Source: an uncultured Gemmatimonadaceae bacterium
GTDB taxonomy: Bacteria > Gemmatimonadota > Gemmatimonadetes > Gemmatimonadales > Gemmatimonadaceae
Assembly: GCA_963740355.1 (NCBI GenBank)
Contig: CAVUDW010000002.1
Span: forward strand, 544,001 to 608,000
Direction of reading: 5' to 3'
DNA: 64,000 nt
Under the pieces are notes generated by a model. That model was not told the origin of the DNA, searched no databases, and saw only the letters and a program-made list of their open reading frames with translations. Numbering within the stretch: the first letter of the stretch is position 1; each line of letters opens with the position of its first letter. Position numbers and translations under genes: made by a program. Of this stretch, positions 8,939 through 18,103 are shown in pieces.

Positions 8939-11820
8939 AGATTCTCGATCGCAACGTCTACGTCGGCCCGAGTCACTACGCCCACTTCCCGGTCATCCGG
9001 CTGGAAGTGGACCTCGGCGTGCTCGAGGCCTGGCCGACCATGCGATTGGGACACGGGTTCATCGACGCGCTGGTCGAACGACTCCCCGGCCTGAAGGAAC
9101 ACGGCTGCAGCTACGGTGAGCCCGGTGGATTCATCCGACGCATGACCGAGGACGAAGGCACCTGGCTTGGCCATGTCTTCGAACATGTCGTGATCGAGAT
9201 GCAGAACACCGCCGGTATCGCCGTCACCTTCGGCAAGACCCGTTCTGCCGGCCGTGATGGTGTCTACGACGTGGCGTTCGAATACGAACAGGAAGATGTC
9301 GGGATCGAAGCGGCCGACCTCTCGCTGAATCTGCTGCACTCGTTGCTGCCGGCTGAACTTCGTCCAGACGACTACGACGCCAGCTTCGACTGGGAAGAAA
9401 GTCGTGACACGTTCATTCGGTATGCACAGCGACGCGCGCTCGGCCCGAGCACCGCGTCCATCGTGCACGCCGCCGAGAAGCGCGGCATCCCATGGATCCG
9501 CCTCAACGAGCAGTCGCTGATCCAGCTTGGATACGGCTGCCATCAGCAGCGCATCCAGGCCACCATCACCGGCCGCACGTCGCACATCGCCGTCGAACTG
9601 GCGAGTGACAAGGAAGAAACCAACAAGATCCTCGCCAACCTCGGCCTGCCAGTGCCGAAGCAGCGGCTGGTGCAGACCGCCGAACGGGCCGTGAATGCGG
9701 CGGAACGGATCGGCTTCCCGGTCGTGCTCAAGCCGTACAACGGCAATCATGGTCGCGGCGTCTCGATCAATCTCAGCGACAAGGACGAGATCCGCGAAGC
9801 CTTCGCGCGTGCGCAGGAACACTCGCGCAGCGTGATCGTCGAGACGTTCATCACCGGCCATGACCATCGCATGGTGGTGATCAATGGTGAGCTGGTCGCC
9901 GTCAGCAAGCGTGAGCCAGGCCATGTCGTCGGCGACGGCGAGCACACCATCGAGCAGTTGGTGGCGATCGTGAACTCCGATCCGCGACGCGGCATCGGAC
10001 ACGAGAAGGTGTTGACGCGAATCGAGCTCGATGCACAAGCCACCGGCCTGCTGACCAAGCTTGGCTATACCGCGCAGACGATTCCGCCGAAGGATGAAGT
10101 CGTGTATCTGCGGCTGACCGCTAACCTCAGTACCGGCGGTACAGCCCGCGACATGACCGACCTCGTGCACCCCGACAACGCCGAGATGGCGGTGCGCGCG
10201 ATCAAGGCGATCGGGCTCGACATCGGTGGCGTGGACTTCCTCACGCCGGATATCACGCAGAGCTACAAGGACATCGGCGGAGCGATCTGCGAGATCAACG
10301 CGGCGCCAGGTTTCCGCATGCACATGGCGCCCAGCGACGGGCGCCCGCGCGATGTCGCGGGCAAGACCATCGACATGTTGTTCCCGGCCGGAAGCCCGAG
10401 CACCATTCCGATTGCAGCCATCACCGGCACCAACGGCAAGACGACCACCTCGCGCATGCTGGCGCACATCCACAAGCTGGCTGGCAAGCGTGTCGGATTG
10501 ACCACCACCGACGGCGTGTACGTCGATGGTCAGCGCACTGTAGTGGGCGACATGACGGGTCCTACCGCCGCGCGCATCGTGCTCAGCGATCCGAATGTCG
10601 AAGTGGCAGTGCTGGAGACAGCCCGCGGTGGACTGCTGCGTGCTGGCATGGCGACCCGACACGTGGACGTCGGCGCCGTGCTCAACGTGCGCCCCGATCA
10701 TCTGGGCCAGAAGAACATCGATACCCTCGAGCAACTCGCCGAGATCAAGCGGACGGTGATCGAGATCGCGCGTGATACGGCGGTGTTGAATGCCGATGAT
10801 CCGCTCACGCTCCGCATGGCGGCGTATACCGAGGCGAAGCATGTCTGTTACGTGACGCTGAACCCGGATCACCAGCTGGTGCGCGAGCATATCCGCGCCG
10901 GCGGTCGTGCCATCGCGCTCGAGAATGGCATCAACGGCTCGATGATCACGATCTACGATCACGGTGCCCACATTCCGTTGCTCTGGACGCACCTGATTCC
11001 GGCCACGATCGAAGGCAAGGCGTTGCACAACGTGCAGAACGCGATGTTCGCCGCCGCAATGGCATTTGCGATGGGTGTGCGTCTCGAGGACATCCGGCAC
11101 GGCCTGCGCACCTTCGACACCAGCTTCTTCCAGGCACCGGGACGTCTCAACGTCTACGAGCAGCATCCGTTCCGCGTGTTGTTCGACTACGGTCACAACG
11201 CCGACGCCGTCGAGCAACTCTGTCAGCTGGCGAACCGGCTCGATGTGAAGGGCCGTCGCATCTGCGTGCTCTCGGCGCCAGGCGACCGTCGGGATCAGGA
11301 TATCGTGGCCATCGCTGACGTCGCGGCGGCCGCTGTCTTCGATCACTACATCTGCCGTCGTGACGACAGTCGGCGTGGTCGAAGTGACGACGAAGTGCCG
11401 CGGATGCTCGCCGAGGCGCTGCTCGCACGCGGCATCGGGAAGGACCGCGTCGAGATCGTCGTCGACGAGCAGGAGGCGATCGAGACTGCGCTGCGCAAGG
11501 CAGAACCGGGTGACCTGGTACTGATCTTCGCCGACGCTTTGGCGCGCGGCTGGAAGCAGATCACGCAGTTCAAGCCCGACTTCGACCGCGCGTCACTCGT
11601 CTCGCCGAAGCGGCAGGCGCCGCAGACCATCACCCCCGATGCGATGGAGTTGGCGGACGACAGCGTACCGCCGCCGGCGCCGCCGAAGGTGGTGGTCGAG
11701 GCGCGTCCTGTCGCACCGGCTCGTGTCCCGATCGCGCACACTGATGCTGAAGGGCATGGCTCCACGACCATCGTCAGGGACGATCGCGGCGTGTTTCTCG
11801 CCCGCGAAGCGAACGACTAG
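8935..11820 (+). CDS. cphA: Cyanophycin synthetase CphA1 (N, ATP-grasp and Mur-ligase domains)
   Basis: HGCSYGEPGGF...GHVFEH, LGPST, KPYNGNHGRGV, ANLSTGG, EINAAPGFRMH, TGTNGKTTT, ETARGG, DYGHN. Confidence 0.97.
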   Translation: MKILDRNVYVGPSHYAHFPVIRLEVDLGVLEAWPTMRLGHGFIDALVERLPGLKEHGCSYGEPGGFIRRMTEDEGTWLGHVFEHVVIEMQNTAGIAVTFGKTRSAGRDGVYDVAFEYEQEDVGIEAADLSLNLLHSLLPAELRPDDYDASFDWEESRDTFIRYAQRRALGPSTASIVHAAEKRGIPWIRLNEQSLIQLGYGCHQQRIQATITGRTSHIAVELASDKEETNKILANLGLPVPKQRLVQTAERAVNAAERIGFPVVLKPYNGNHGRGVSINLSDKDEIREAFARAQEHSRSVIVETFITGHDHRMVVINGELVAVSKREPGHVVGDGEHTIEQLVAIVNSDPRRGIGHEKVLTRIELDAQATGLLTKLGYTAQTIPPKDEVVYLRLTANLSTGGTARDMTDLVHPDNAEMAVRAIKAIGLDIGGVDFLTPDITQSYKDIGGAICEINAAPGFRMHMAPSDGRPRDVAGKTIDMLFPAGSPSTIPIAAITGTNGKTTTSRMLAHIHKLAGKRVGLTTTDGVYVDGQRTVVGDMTGPTAARIVLSDPNVEVAVLETARGGLLRAGMATRHVDVGAVLNVRPDHLGQKNIDTLEQLAEIKRTVIEIARDTAVLNADDPLTLRMAAYTEAKHVCYVTLNPDHQLVREHIRAGGRAIALENGINGSMITIYDHGAHIPLLWTHLIPATIEGKALHNVQNAMFAAAMAFAMGVRLEDIRHGLRTFDTSFFQAPGRLNVYEQHPFRVLFDYGHNADAVEQLCQLANRLDVKGRRICVLSAPGDRRDQDIVAIADVAAAAVFDHYICRRDDSRRGRSDDEVPRMLAEALLARGIGKDRVEIVVDEQEAIETALRKAEPGDLVLIFADALARGWKQITQFKPDFDRASLVSPKRQAPQTITPDAMELADDSVPPPAPPKVVVEARPVAPARVPIAHTDAEGHGSTTIVRDDRGVFLAREAND

Positions 11821-11841
11821 TGTTGCAACGCAGGACCTGAT

Positions 11842-13548
11842 ATGACGCGCCCTCCGCGCGAACCGGACCTCGAGTCGGGTTATCCCTCACCGACCATCGT
11901 GGATTCGCGCCGTCTGATGGGCCCCAACCTGATGCACTCAGGGCTGGGTGCTGTGCTCGATGTTTCGCTCGATGATGCTGCAACGGACCACAACGCCGAG
12001 CTGCTGCGTGTGTGGCACGAGCGTGTGTCTGTGCTGGCGGACGCGCTCGATTGGCCTTACGCCGAGACGGTGCAGCGCGTCTACCCGGGGGGCGCGAGCC
12101 TCTTCGTTCACGCGCCGATCGATCAGTTGATGACTGCAACGGAAGTCTGCGAGTCCGCCTGGGTGTATGCGGAATCGCGGCTCGCTGGCGCGGAATCCGC
12201 GAAGCTGACCGACCCCGTTGCGGCATTGAAGGCGTTTTCGCACGCCGAAGCAGTGCGGACGCCAGGCACCCGGCGCAGACTGCTCGAACTCTGGGACGAA
12301 GCGCAGCGGCTCGGATTGAACTGCACCTTTGATGAAACCCACGCCTTCGTCGGGACTGGCGTTGGCGCCACGGGGTGGCTGATCGATGACATCCCACCCA
12401 TCGATTCGATCGACTGGCTGAGCGTACGCGACATCCCGATCGTGCTCGTCACCGGGTCGAACGGCAAGACCACCGTGGTGCGCATGGTGGCGGCGATGGC
12501 GCGCGCTGCCGGTCACACGGTCGGCTACACCTGCACCGATGGTGTCTGGATCGGCGACATGCAGGTCGAAAGTGGCGATTGGTCAGGGCCTGCAGGAGCG
12601 CGTCGGGTGGTTCAGGACCCAGCAGTGACGCTGGCGGTGCTCGAGACGGCTCGCGGTGGCTTGCTGCGGCGTGGACTGGCGGTGCAGCGCGCCTCAGTCG
12701 CTGCGATCGTCACGCTCTCCCCCGACCACTTCGGCGATTATGGCATCAATGACCTAAGGACACTGGCCGAGGCGAAGCTGGTGGTTGGTCGGGCGGTATC
12801 GGAGACCGGGGCGCTGGTCTACAACGCCGAGGTGCCTGCGCTGGTGGAGGCTGTTGCTGGCTATCAGGGTCGCCGCGTGCCGGTGCGCGCCGACGACGGC
12901 GGCCTTTCCCAGGCCGACATCGCGGCGATCCCTGCAACGCTGGGCGGCACGGCACGCCACAACGTGCTCAACGCGGCCTTCGCGTTCGCCATCGCCACGG
13001 AGTTGAAGCTCGGCGAGGCCGCTGTGGGGGCGCTGAAGGTTTTTGGCGCCGGCTCCGCCGACAACATGGGTCGGCTCATGGTGCGGAAGGTTGGTGGCGT
13101 AACGGTCGTGATCGACTACGCCCACAATCCGCAGAGCGTCGCCGCGCTCATCGACGCGACCCGCCAGATTCAGGCGACCCGGCGCGTGATCTCACTCGGC
13201 ACTGGTGGTGACCGGGACGATGTCGCGCTGCACGCAATCGCGAAGGCCGCGTTGGACTCCGGCATCATCGATCGGTACATCGCGAAGGAGATGCCGAAAT
13301 TCCTTCGCGGCCGCGCATCAGGCTCCATCAGCGGTGTTCTGCTCGATGCCCTGCGCCAGCTCGGCGTGCCGAACGAGCGGATGGAAAGTGCACCGGACGA
13401 CATGAGCGCCGTTCGCTCAGCATTGCAGTGGGCGCACAGTGGTGACCTGCTTTTGCTCTCCGTGCATGATCATCGCGACGATGTGCTCGCTCTGATTGCA
13501 AAACTTGCAGAGAACGGCTGGCACGCGGGCGACGATCTCACGGCGTAG
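11842..13548 (+). CDS. CphA-like protein with N and Mur-ligase domains only (no ATP-grasp)
   Basis: DSRRLMGPN N-terminus, then VTGSNGKTT, ETARGGLLRRG, DHFG, DYAHNP and GDRDD. No ATP-grasp motifs; 568 aa. Confidence 0.85.
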   Translation: MTRPPREPDLESGYPSPTIVDSRRLMGPNLMHSGLGAVLDVSLDDAATDHNAELLRVWHERVSVLADALDWPYAETVQRVYPGGASLFVHAPIDQLMTATEVCESAWVYAESRLAGAESAKLTDPVAALKAFSHAEAVRTPGTRRRLLELWDEAQRLGLNCTFDETHAFVGTGVGATGWLIDDIPPIDSIDWLSVRDIPIVLVTGSNGKTTVVRMVAAMARAAGHTVGYTCTDGVWIGDMQVESGDWSGPAGARRVVQDPAVTLAVLETARGGLLRRGLAVQRASVAAIVTLSPDHFGDYGINDLRTLAEAKLVVGRAVSETGALVYNAEVPALVEAVAGYQGRRVPVRADDGGLSQADIAAIPATLGGTARHNVLNAAFAFAIATELKLGEAAVGALKVFGAGSADNMGRLMVRKVGGVTVVIDYAHNPQSVAALIDATRQIQATRRVISLGTGGDRDDVALHAIAKAALDSGIIDRYIAKEMPKFLRGRASGSISGVLLDALRQLGVPNERMESAPDDMSAVRSALQWAHSGDLLLLSVHDHRDDVLALIAKLAENGWHAGDDLTA

Positions 13549-13672
13549 TCGCCCCGCGGAACGCCGTTGATTTCACGCGCATTTCGGCACCGACTTTTGC
13601 CGCTTCGCTGACATGTGCAATCGCGATGTTTTTCGTCTCGCACGAGACTGGTTCGAGACGTAGCTTCGTGCC

Positions 13673-15529
13673 ATGAAAAATGTGATTCTCACACAACTCA
13701 AGGCGCTGCCGTTCGTGGCAGGGCTTCCGGATGCGCAGCTCTGGCGTTTCGCCCAGTCACTCGAGCCGCATTCCTTCGCCACCGATGATGTGTTCTTCAG
13801 CGAAGGCGATGAGCGATCGATGTTCGCGCTGGTCGTAACCGGTGGCGTGGCCATCGAGAAGACTGCAGGTGGCCGTACCACACGCCTCGTCACGATGGGG
13901 CCCGGTGAGGCCATCGGCGAAGGCATCCTGTTGGACGATACGCGCCACGGCACCACGGCTCGCGCCGTGATCGCCGGTGAGCTGCTGATCCTGAGCAAGG
14001 AGAAGCTGGCCGACATCGTGAAGGACAACCCGCATCTGTACGCCGGGCTTGTGAACCGCGCCGCCCGCGCCATCGCCGGTCGCCTGCGGATCGCCGACGC
14101 CACCCTGGTCGGTCGTGGTCGGACCCTCGGTTTTGGCAGTCGTCGCATGCGCGTCGAACACGATCTGCTTGGGGAGCGGGAAGTGCCGGACGAAGCGCTC
14201 TATGGGGTGCAGACGCTGCGCGCGGCCGAGAATTTCCCGATCACCGGCGTGCCGCTCCGCGAGTTTCCTGAGATCATCGTCGCGTTAGCTGCGGTCAAGA
14301 TCGCTGCCGCTGAAGCCAATCGAGAACTCGGCCTGCTGCCCGACAACGTGGCGGACGCCATCGTGCGTGCGGGCGAGGAGATTCGCGCTGGACGGCACCA
14401 CGAACACTTCATCGTGGACATGATCCAGGGGGGTGCCGGCACCAGCACCAACATGAATGCGAACGAGGTGATCGCGAATCGCGCTCTCGAGATCCTCGGC
14501 CGGTCGCGTGGGACCTATGACGTCGTGCACCCGAACGAACATGTCAATCGCAGCCAGAGCACGAACGACGTGTATCCGACATCGATTCGCATCGCGCTTC
14601 ACATGGCACTCGATGTCCTGCGCGATTCGCTGAAGGATCTGTGCGGCGCGATGGATGCGAAGGCGGTCGAGTTCAGTGACCTGATCAAGATGGGCCGCAC
14701 CCAGCTGCAGGACGCGGTGCCGATGACGCTCGGTCGTGAATTCAAGGCGTGGGCACACACGCTGATGGAAGACGTCGATCGCCTTGGCGAAGCACAGGCG
14801 CTGATGCGCGAGATGAACATGGGCGCGACCGCGATCGGCACCGGCATCACGGCTTCGGAGGAATTCACCGTGTCGGTGCGCAAGCACCTGTCGGAAGTGA
14901 CCGGGCTGGTGATGATCACGGCGCCCGACCTGATCGAGGCCACCAGCGACACCGGTGCTTTCGTGCAGCTGAGTGGCGTGTTGAAGCGCACGGCCACCAA
15001 GCTCTCGAAGATCTGCAACGACCTGCGTTTGCTCAGCTCTGGCCCGCGCGCTGGCTTCGGCGAGATCAACCTGCCGGCCATGCAACCCGGTAGCAGCATC
15101 ATGCCGGGCAAGGTGAATCCGGTCATCCCTGAAGTCGTCAATCAGGTGTGCTTCAACATCATCGGCGGCGATGTCACGGTGACGATGGCGGCCGAGGCAG
15201 GGCAGCTGCAGCTCAACGTCTTCGAGCCGATCATCGCCTACAAGCTGCTGGGCGGCATCCACGAGCTGACGCACGCCATCCAGGTTCTGAAGGACAAGTG
15301 CATCGTCGGCATCACGGCCAATGCCGACCGCATGCGGTACTACGTCGAGCATTCCATCGGCGTCGTCACCGCGTTGTTGCCGGTGATCGGCTACGAGAAG
15401 GCGACCGGTGTGGCCAAGGAAGCGCTGGCGACGGGCCGGGGCGTGACCGAGATCGTGCTCGAGCGCGGGTGGCTGACGCGTGAGCAGCTCGATGACGTGC
15501 TGCGTCCGGAGTCGATGGCGGGACGGTAG
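13673..15529 (+). CDS. aspA: Aspartate ammonia-lyase with an N-terminal cNMP-binding (Crp-type) domain
   Basis: Residues ~1-150 are cNMP-like (FSEGD, VVTGGVAI, GPGEAIGE). They are followed by RVEHDLLGE, YGVQTLRA, QGGAGTSTNMNANE, GRTQLQDA and GSSIMPGKVNP. Confidence 0.92.
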   Translation: MKNVILTQLKALPFVAGLPDAQLWRFAQSLEPHSFATDDVFFSEGDERSMFALVVTGGVAIEKTAGGRTTRLVTMGPGEAIGEGILLDDTRHGTTARAVIAGELLILSKEKLADIVKDNPHLYAGLVNRAARAIAGRLRIADATLVGRGRTLGFGSRRMRVEHDLLGEREVPDEALYGVQTLRAAENFPITGVPLREFPEIIVALAAVKIAAAEANRELGLLPDNVADAIVRAGEEIRAGRHHEHFIVDMIQGGAGTSTNMNANEVIANRALEILGRSRGTYDVVHPNEHVNRSQSTNDVYPTSIRIALHMALDVLRDSLKDLCGAMDAKAVEFSDLIKMGRTQLQDAVPMTLGREFKAWAHTLMEDVDRLGEAQALMREMNMGATAIGTGITASEEFTVSVRKHLSEVTGLVMITAPDLIEATSDTGAFVQLSGVLKRTATKLSKICNDLRLLSSGPRAGFGEINLPAMQPGSSIMPGKVNPVIPEVVNQVCFNIIGGDVTVTMAAEAGQLQLNVFEPIIAYKLLGGIHELTHAIQVLKDKCIVGITANADRMRYYVEHSIGVVTALLPVIGYEKATGVAKEALATGRGVTEIVLERGWLTREQLDDVLRPESMAGR

Positions 15530-15540
15530 CCATACCTGGC

Positions 15541-15581
15541 CATCTGTACTATCTGACTAGTCCGGTCAGCTAGTACAGATG
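15541..15581. terminator. Hairpin between convergent aspA and vapC
   Basis: CATCTGTACTA...TAGTACAGATG inverted repeat with an inner CTGAC/GTCAG pair. Confidence 0.6.
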
Positions 15582-15603
15582 TTCAGGAAACATCGACCGT
15601 CGG

Positions 15604-15990
15604 TCACCATGCCTCGAGCTCGAGGCCGATAATGTCGGAGAAGTCGCTCGCGTTCATGGTCACGAGCCTTGCGCGATGTACGATTGCCTGTGCGGCGATC
15701 ATCCGATCCAGCAGCTTCCTTCGCGAATAGCCCGCCTGCGCCACGATGGCACTGTGCGCGGCTGCGGCGGAATCATCGAATGCCAGCACAGGAACCGCAG
15801 CAAGGATCGCGTCCAGTCGGGCGCGGCGAATCGGTGCATCTGCCGGATGGCGGTACACACCCCCTTCAAGTTCGACGCGCGTCACGATCGACATCACGAT
15901 CGCGTCGTCCAGCGCCGCGATGCGCGACGCGATTGTCTGGTCGCCATCGCGCAGTTGAATGGCGATGTTCGTGTCGATCATGCATGCCAT
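15604..15990 (-). CDS. vapC: PIN-domain toxin
   Basis: MIDTN, SIVTRVEL, DRMIAAQA, LVTMNASDF; 128 aa, downstream of the antitoxin. Confidence 0.92.
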   Translation of the reverse strand: MACMIDTNIAIQLRDGDQTIASRIAALDDAIVMSIVTRVELEGGVYRHPADAPIRRARLDAILAAVPVLAFDDSAAAAHSAIVAQAGYSRRKLLDRMIAAQAIVHRARLVTMNASDFSDIIGLELEAW

Positions 15991-15993
15991 GGC

Positions 15994-16233
15994 TCAGAGG
16001 CCACTGCGTTCAGGAATACCCTCGTCATCCCGCTCATCACGCTCCGTGACCGCGGGCAATGCCGCCAGACGTGCGAGCATCTCCGGAATCGTTGTCGCGG
16101 CCGGGTAGATGGTCATGACGTCGCCGGATCGGACCAAAATCAGTTCGACGTCATCGCCGAACGCCACGTCTTTCGGCAGCCGAATCGCCTCGCTGTTCCC
16201 GCTACGAAATGTGCGACTACGCGCGATGCTCAT
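15994..16233 (-). CDS. vapB: AbrB/MazE-fold antitoxin
   Basis: FRSGNSEAIRLPK motif; ATG at 16233 with a GGAG RBS. Confidence 0.9.
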   Translation of the reverse strand: MSIARSRTFRSGNSEAIRLPKDVAFGDDVELILVRSGDVMTIYPAATTIPEMLARLAALPAVTERDERDDEGIPERSGL

Positions 16234-16251
16234 CGAAGGACTCCAAGTTGG

Positions 16252-16265
16252 ATATACAAGTATAT
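16252..16265. promoter_or_regulatory. Probable VapBC autoregulatory operator
   Basis: Perfect palindrome ATATAC-AA-GTATAT in an AT-rich patch just upstream of vapB. Confidence 0.65.
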
Positions 16266-16326
16266 ACATTGAGTAGTGCCTGACCGCAACCGCGAAATGT
16301 CACGCCGGTGAATCGACCTCCCCCGG

Positions 16327-16728
16327 CTACACCGCGAACAAATCCCTCTGCACCGGCGCCGTCTTGGGATCCCCGGCACGATCGCGCCACACCCCATCGC
16401 GCGCCGTACGCCCGCGCGTGAAGGCCGTCGCATCGTTCTCGCGCAGCAGCCCATCGTCCACATCGCTCTGCAGGTACCCACCCGTGAGCGCCATGCGCAC
16501 CACGATCGCCGTGTCGCAGGCCGGGTTGCTGCAGGGATAGACGGTGCTCGCAACAGCCACGGTTGTTCCCGACGCTTCCTCAGCCTCGCCCGCCTGCACC
16601 CGCCATCCACGGCGCACTTTCCGCGTCGGGCCGAGGTAAGGCGCCGACCAGCACTCCGGACACCGCGGTGTGGGCGGTGTGGCGGGGGCGAAGGCGGCGG
16701 GCCGGCGGGTCGGCGTGCGGTCGGACAT
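16327..16728 (-). CDS. Hypothetical protein with a possible Zn ribbon
   Basis: Two cysteine pairs, CPEC and CSNPAC. Confidence 0.5.
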   Translation of the reverse strand: MSDRTPTRRPAAFAPATPPTPRCPECWSAPYLGPTRKVRRGWRVQAGEAEEASGTTVAVASTVYPCSNPACDTAIVVRMALTGGYLQSDVDDGLLRENDATAFTRGRTARDGVWRDRAGDPKTAPVQRDLFAV

Positions 16729-16775
16729 CCCGACAAATTATCGCACGCCGAGCCGTGTGCAGGTTCTGGCGTTGT

Positions 16776-17309
16776 TCAGAAGTAGACGGCGCCGATCAGG
16801 CGCGCGAGCGAGGCGCCGAACGTCGATCCGTTAGGGTTGTTTCGCGTGACGCTCGCCGTTCCGATCGCGCCCAGAGACACGTGGGGGTTGAAGAAGTAGA
16901 CGGCACCGAGCTCACCGTACGCACCATAGGAGGTGGGGTTGCCCGTGCGGCCGGCGATGAGGAGGCCGCCGCCAACTACCGGCCGCACGCCCAGCCCCGT
17001 GCGTGCGTACCGCCTCGCACCGACCTGCAGCGCCGCCAGCGTGAAACGGTCGTCGATTGCAATGTCACCGCTCTGGAAGCTCGACTTGTACGACGTCAGC
17101 GTCGCGCCGGCGACGACGGCCCACCGCGGCGACAGAAACTTGAGCAGCGACGCACTCTGCCCTTCTCCAACTGCCACTTCGCCACCCCATGTGCCCTTCT
17201 CTGGCGCTCCGCTCCGTGTCGCCTTTTGCGCCGACAGGCTCGCCGGATTCGAGACCGAGAACAGCACTCCAACAGCCGTCACCGCCATCACACGAAATAG
17301 CAGGCCCAT
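16776..17309 (-). CDS. Small outer-membrane beta-barrel protein
   Basis: Signal peptide, alternating amphipathic strands, terminal AVYF. Start chosen at MGLLFRV. Confidence 0.7.
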   Translation of the reverse strand: MGLLFRVMAVTAVGVLFSVSNPASLSAQKATRSGAPEKGTWGGEVAVGEGQSASLLKFLSPRWAVVAGATLTSYKSSFQSGDIAIDDRFTLAALQVGARRYARTGLGVRPVVGGGLLIAGRTGNPTSYGAYGELGAVYFFNPHVSLGAIGTASVTRNNPNGSTFGASLARLIGAVYF

Positions 17310-17443
17310 GCCACACCCCAGCGTGAGAGAAGTCGAACGCGTGAGGCATTGAGTGCTAAACCGTATGTAATTGTTCCACAGACCTGGAGGTCCGAAACGG
17401 CGGGGGTGACTCCGAGGTGACGCCGGTGGCGTAGCTTTCCCGC

Positions 17444-17845
17444 ATGGCAAAGCCCACCGTAGACGGCCCAGGTCAGGCCAAGCTCCAGCAGCTCGAAACC
17501 GCGACCGCGATCACCCAGACCCTGCATGGCATGATCGAGACGTATGCGATCGCCATTCGCGCCGGAAATCCCACTTCGGCCTTTCCGCAGCAGCTGAAGC
17601 GGGCAGCGACCCCGTTGGTGGGCCTCCTGCGGAGCCAGTTCCAGCTCCTCGCCGACCTCTCCAGCGACCTGATCCTGATCGCTACCAGAGGGGGCGGGGC
17701 CGATCAGGCCAAGCTCCGGATGCTGCGCGAGCGAGTGGGACAACTTCGCTCGGGAATCGAGTTGGCGGTGACCTCCACGCTCGCGAAACATGCGGTGGCC
17801 GACCCAGTTGCGAAGACAGACTCGTCAAGCGCTGGCGGCGCGTAA
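17444..17845 (+). CDS. Hypothetical helical protein
   Basis: 133-aa ORF with host-like codon usage filling the intergenic space. Confidence 0.6.
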   Translation: MAKPTVDGPGQAKLQQLETATAITQTLHGMIETYAIAIRAGNPTSAFPQQLKRAATPLVGLLRSQFQLLADLSSDLILIATRGGGADQAKLRMLRERVGQLRSGIELAVTSTLAKHAVADPVAKTDSSSAGGA

Positions 17846-18103
17846 CCCCTGCGCCTTAGTTTTGCGCGATCTGTCTAAGTTTGCTGACGTTGCATCAGTC
17901 AGCCACCGGTTGTAGCTAACCGGTACGTCGGTCGCTAGACCTGGTAGGGGTCGCGGTTGTCGTGCATGACATGACGATATCTGCTCTTTGCGGGATGCGT
18001 GTGCCGTTTCCCGTACCGGCGCTCTGGAACATCTGTTCCCGTCCTGTCGGTTCCTCTCGGGGCGTCTACCCTGGCTCCCCACGACCTTTCCCAAGACCTG
18101 GGC

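Noticed and set aside
8659..11346. 895-aa antisense ORF, and similar long antisense ORFs such as 18824-20374, 14285-15352, 39848-41437 and 62702-63859
   Set aside because: These are shadow frames of well-supported genes, caused by high-GC codon bias, with no recognisable motifs.
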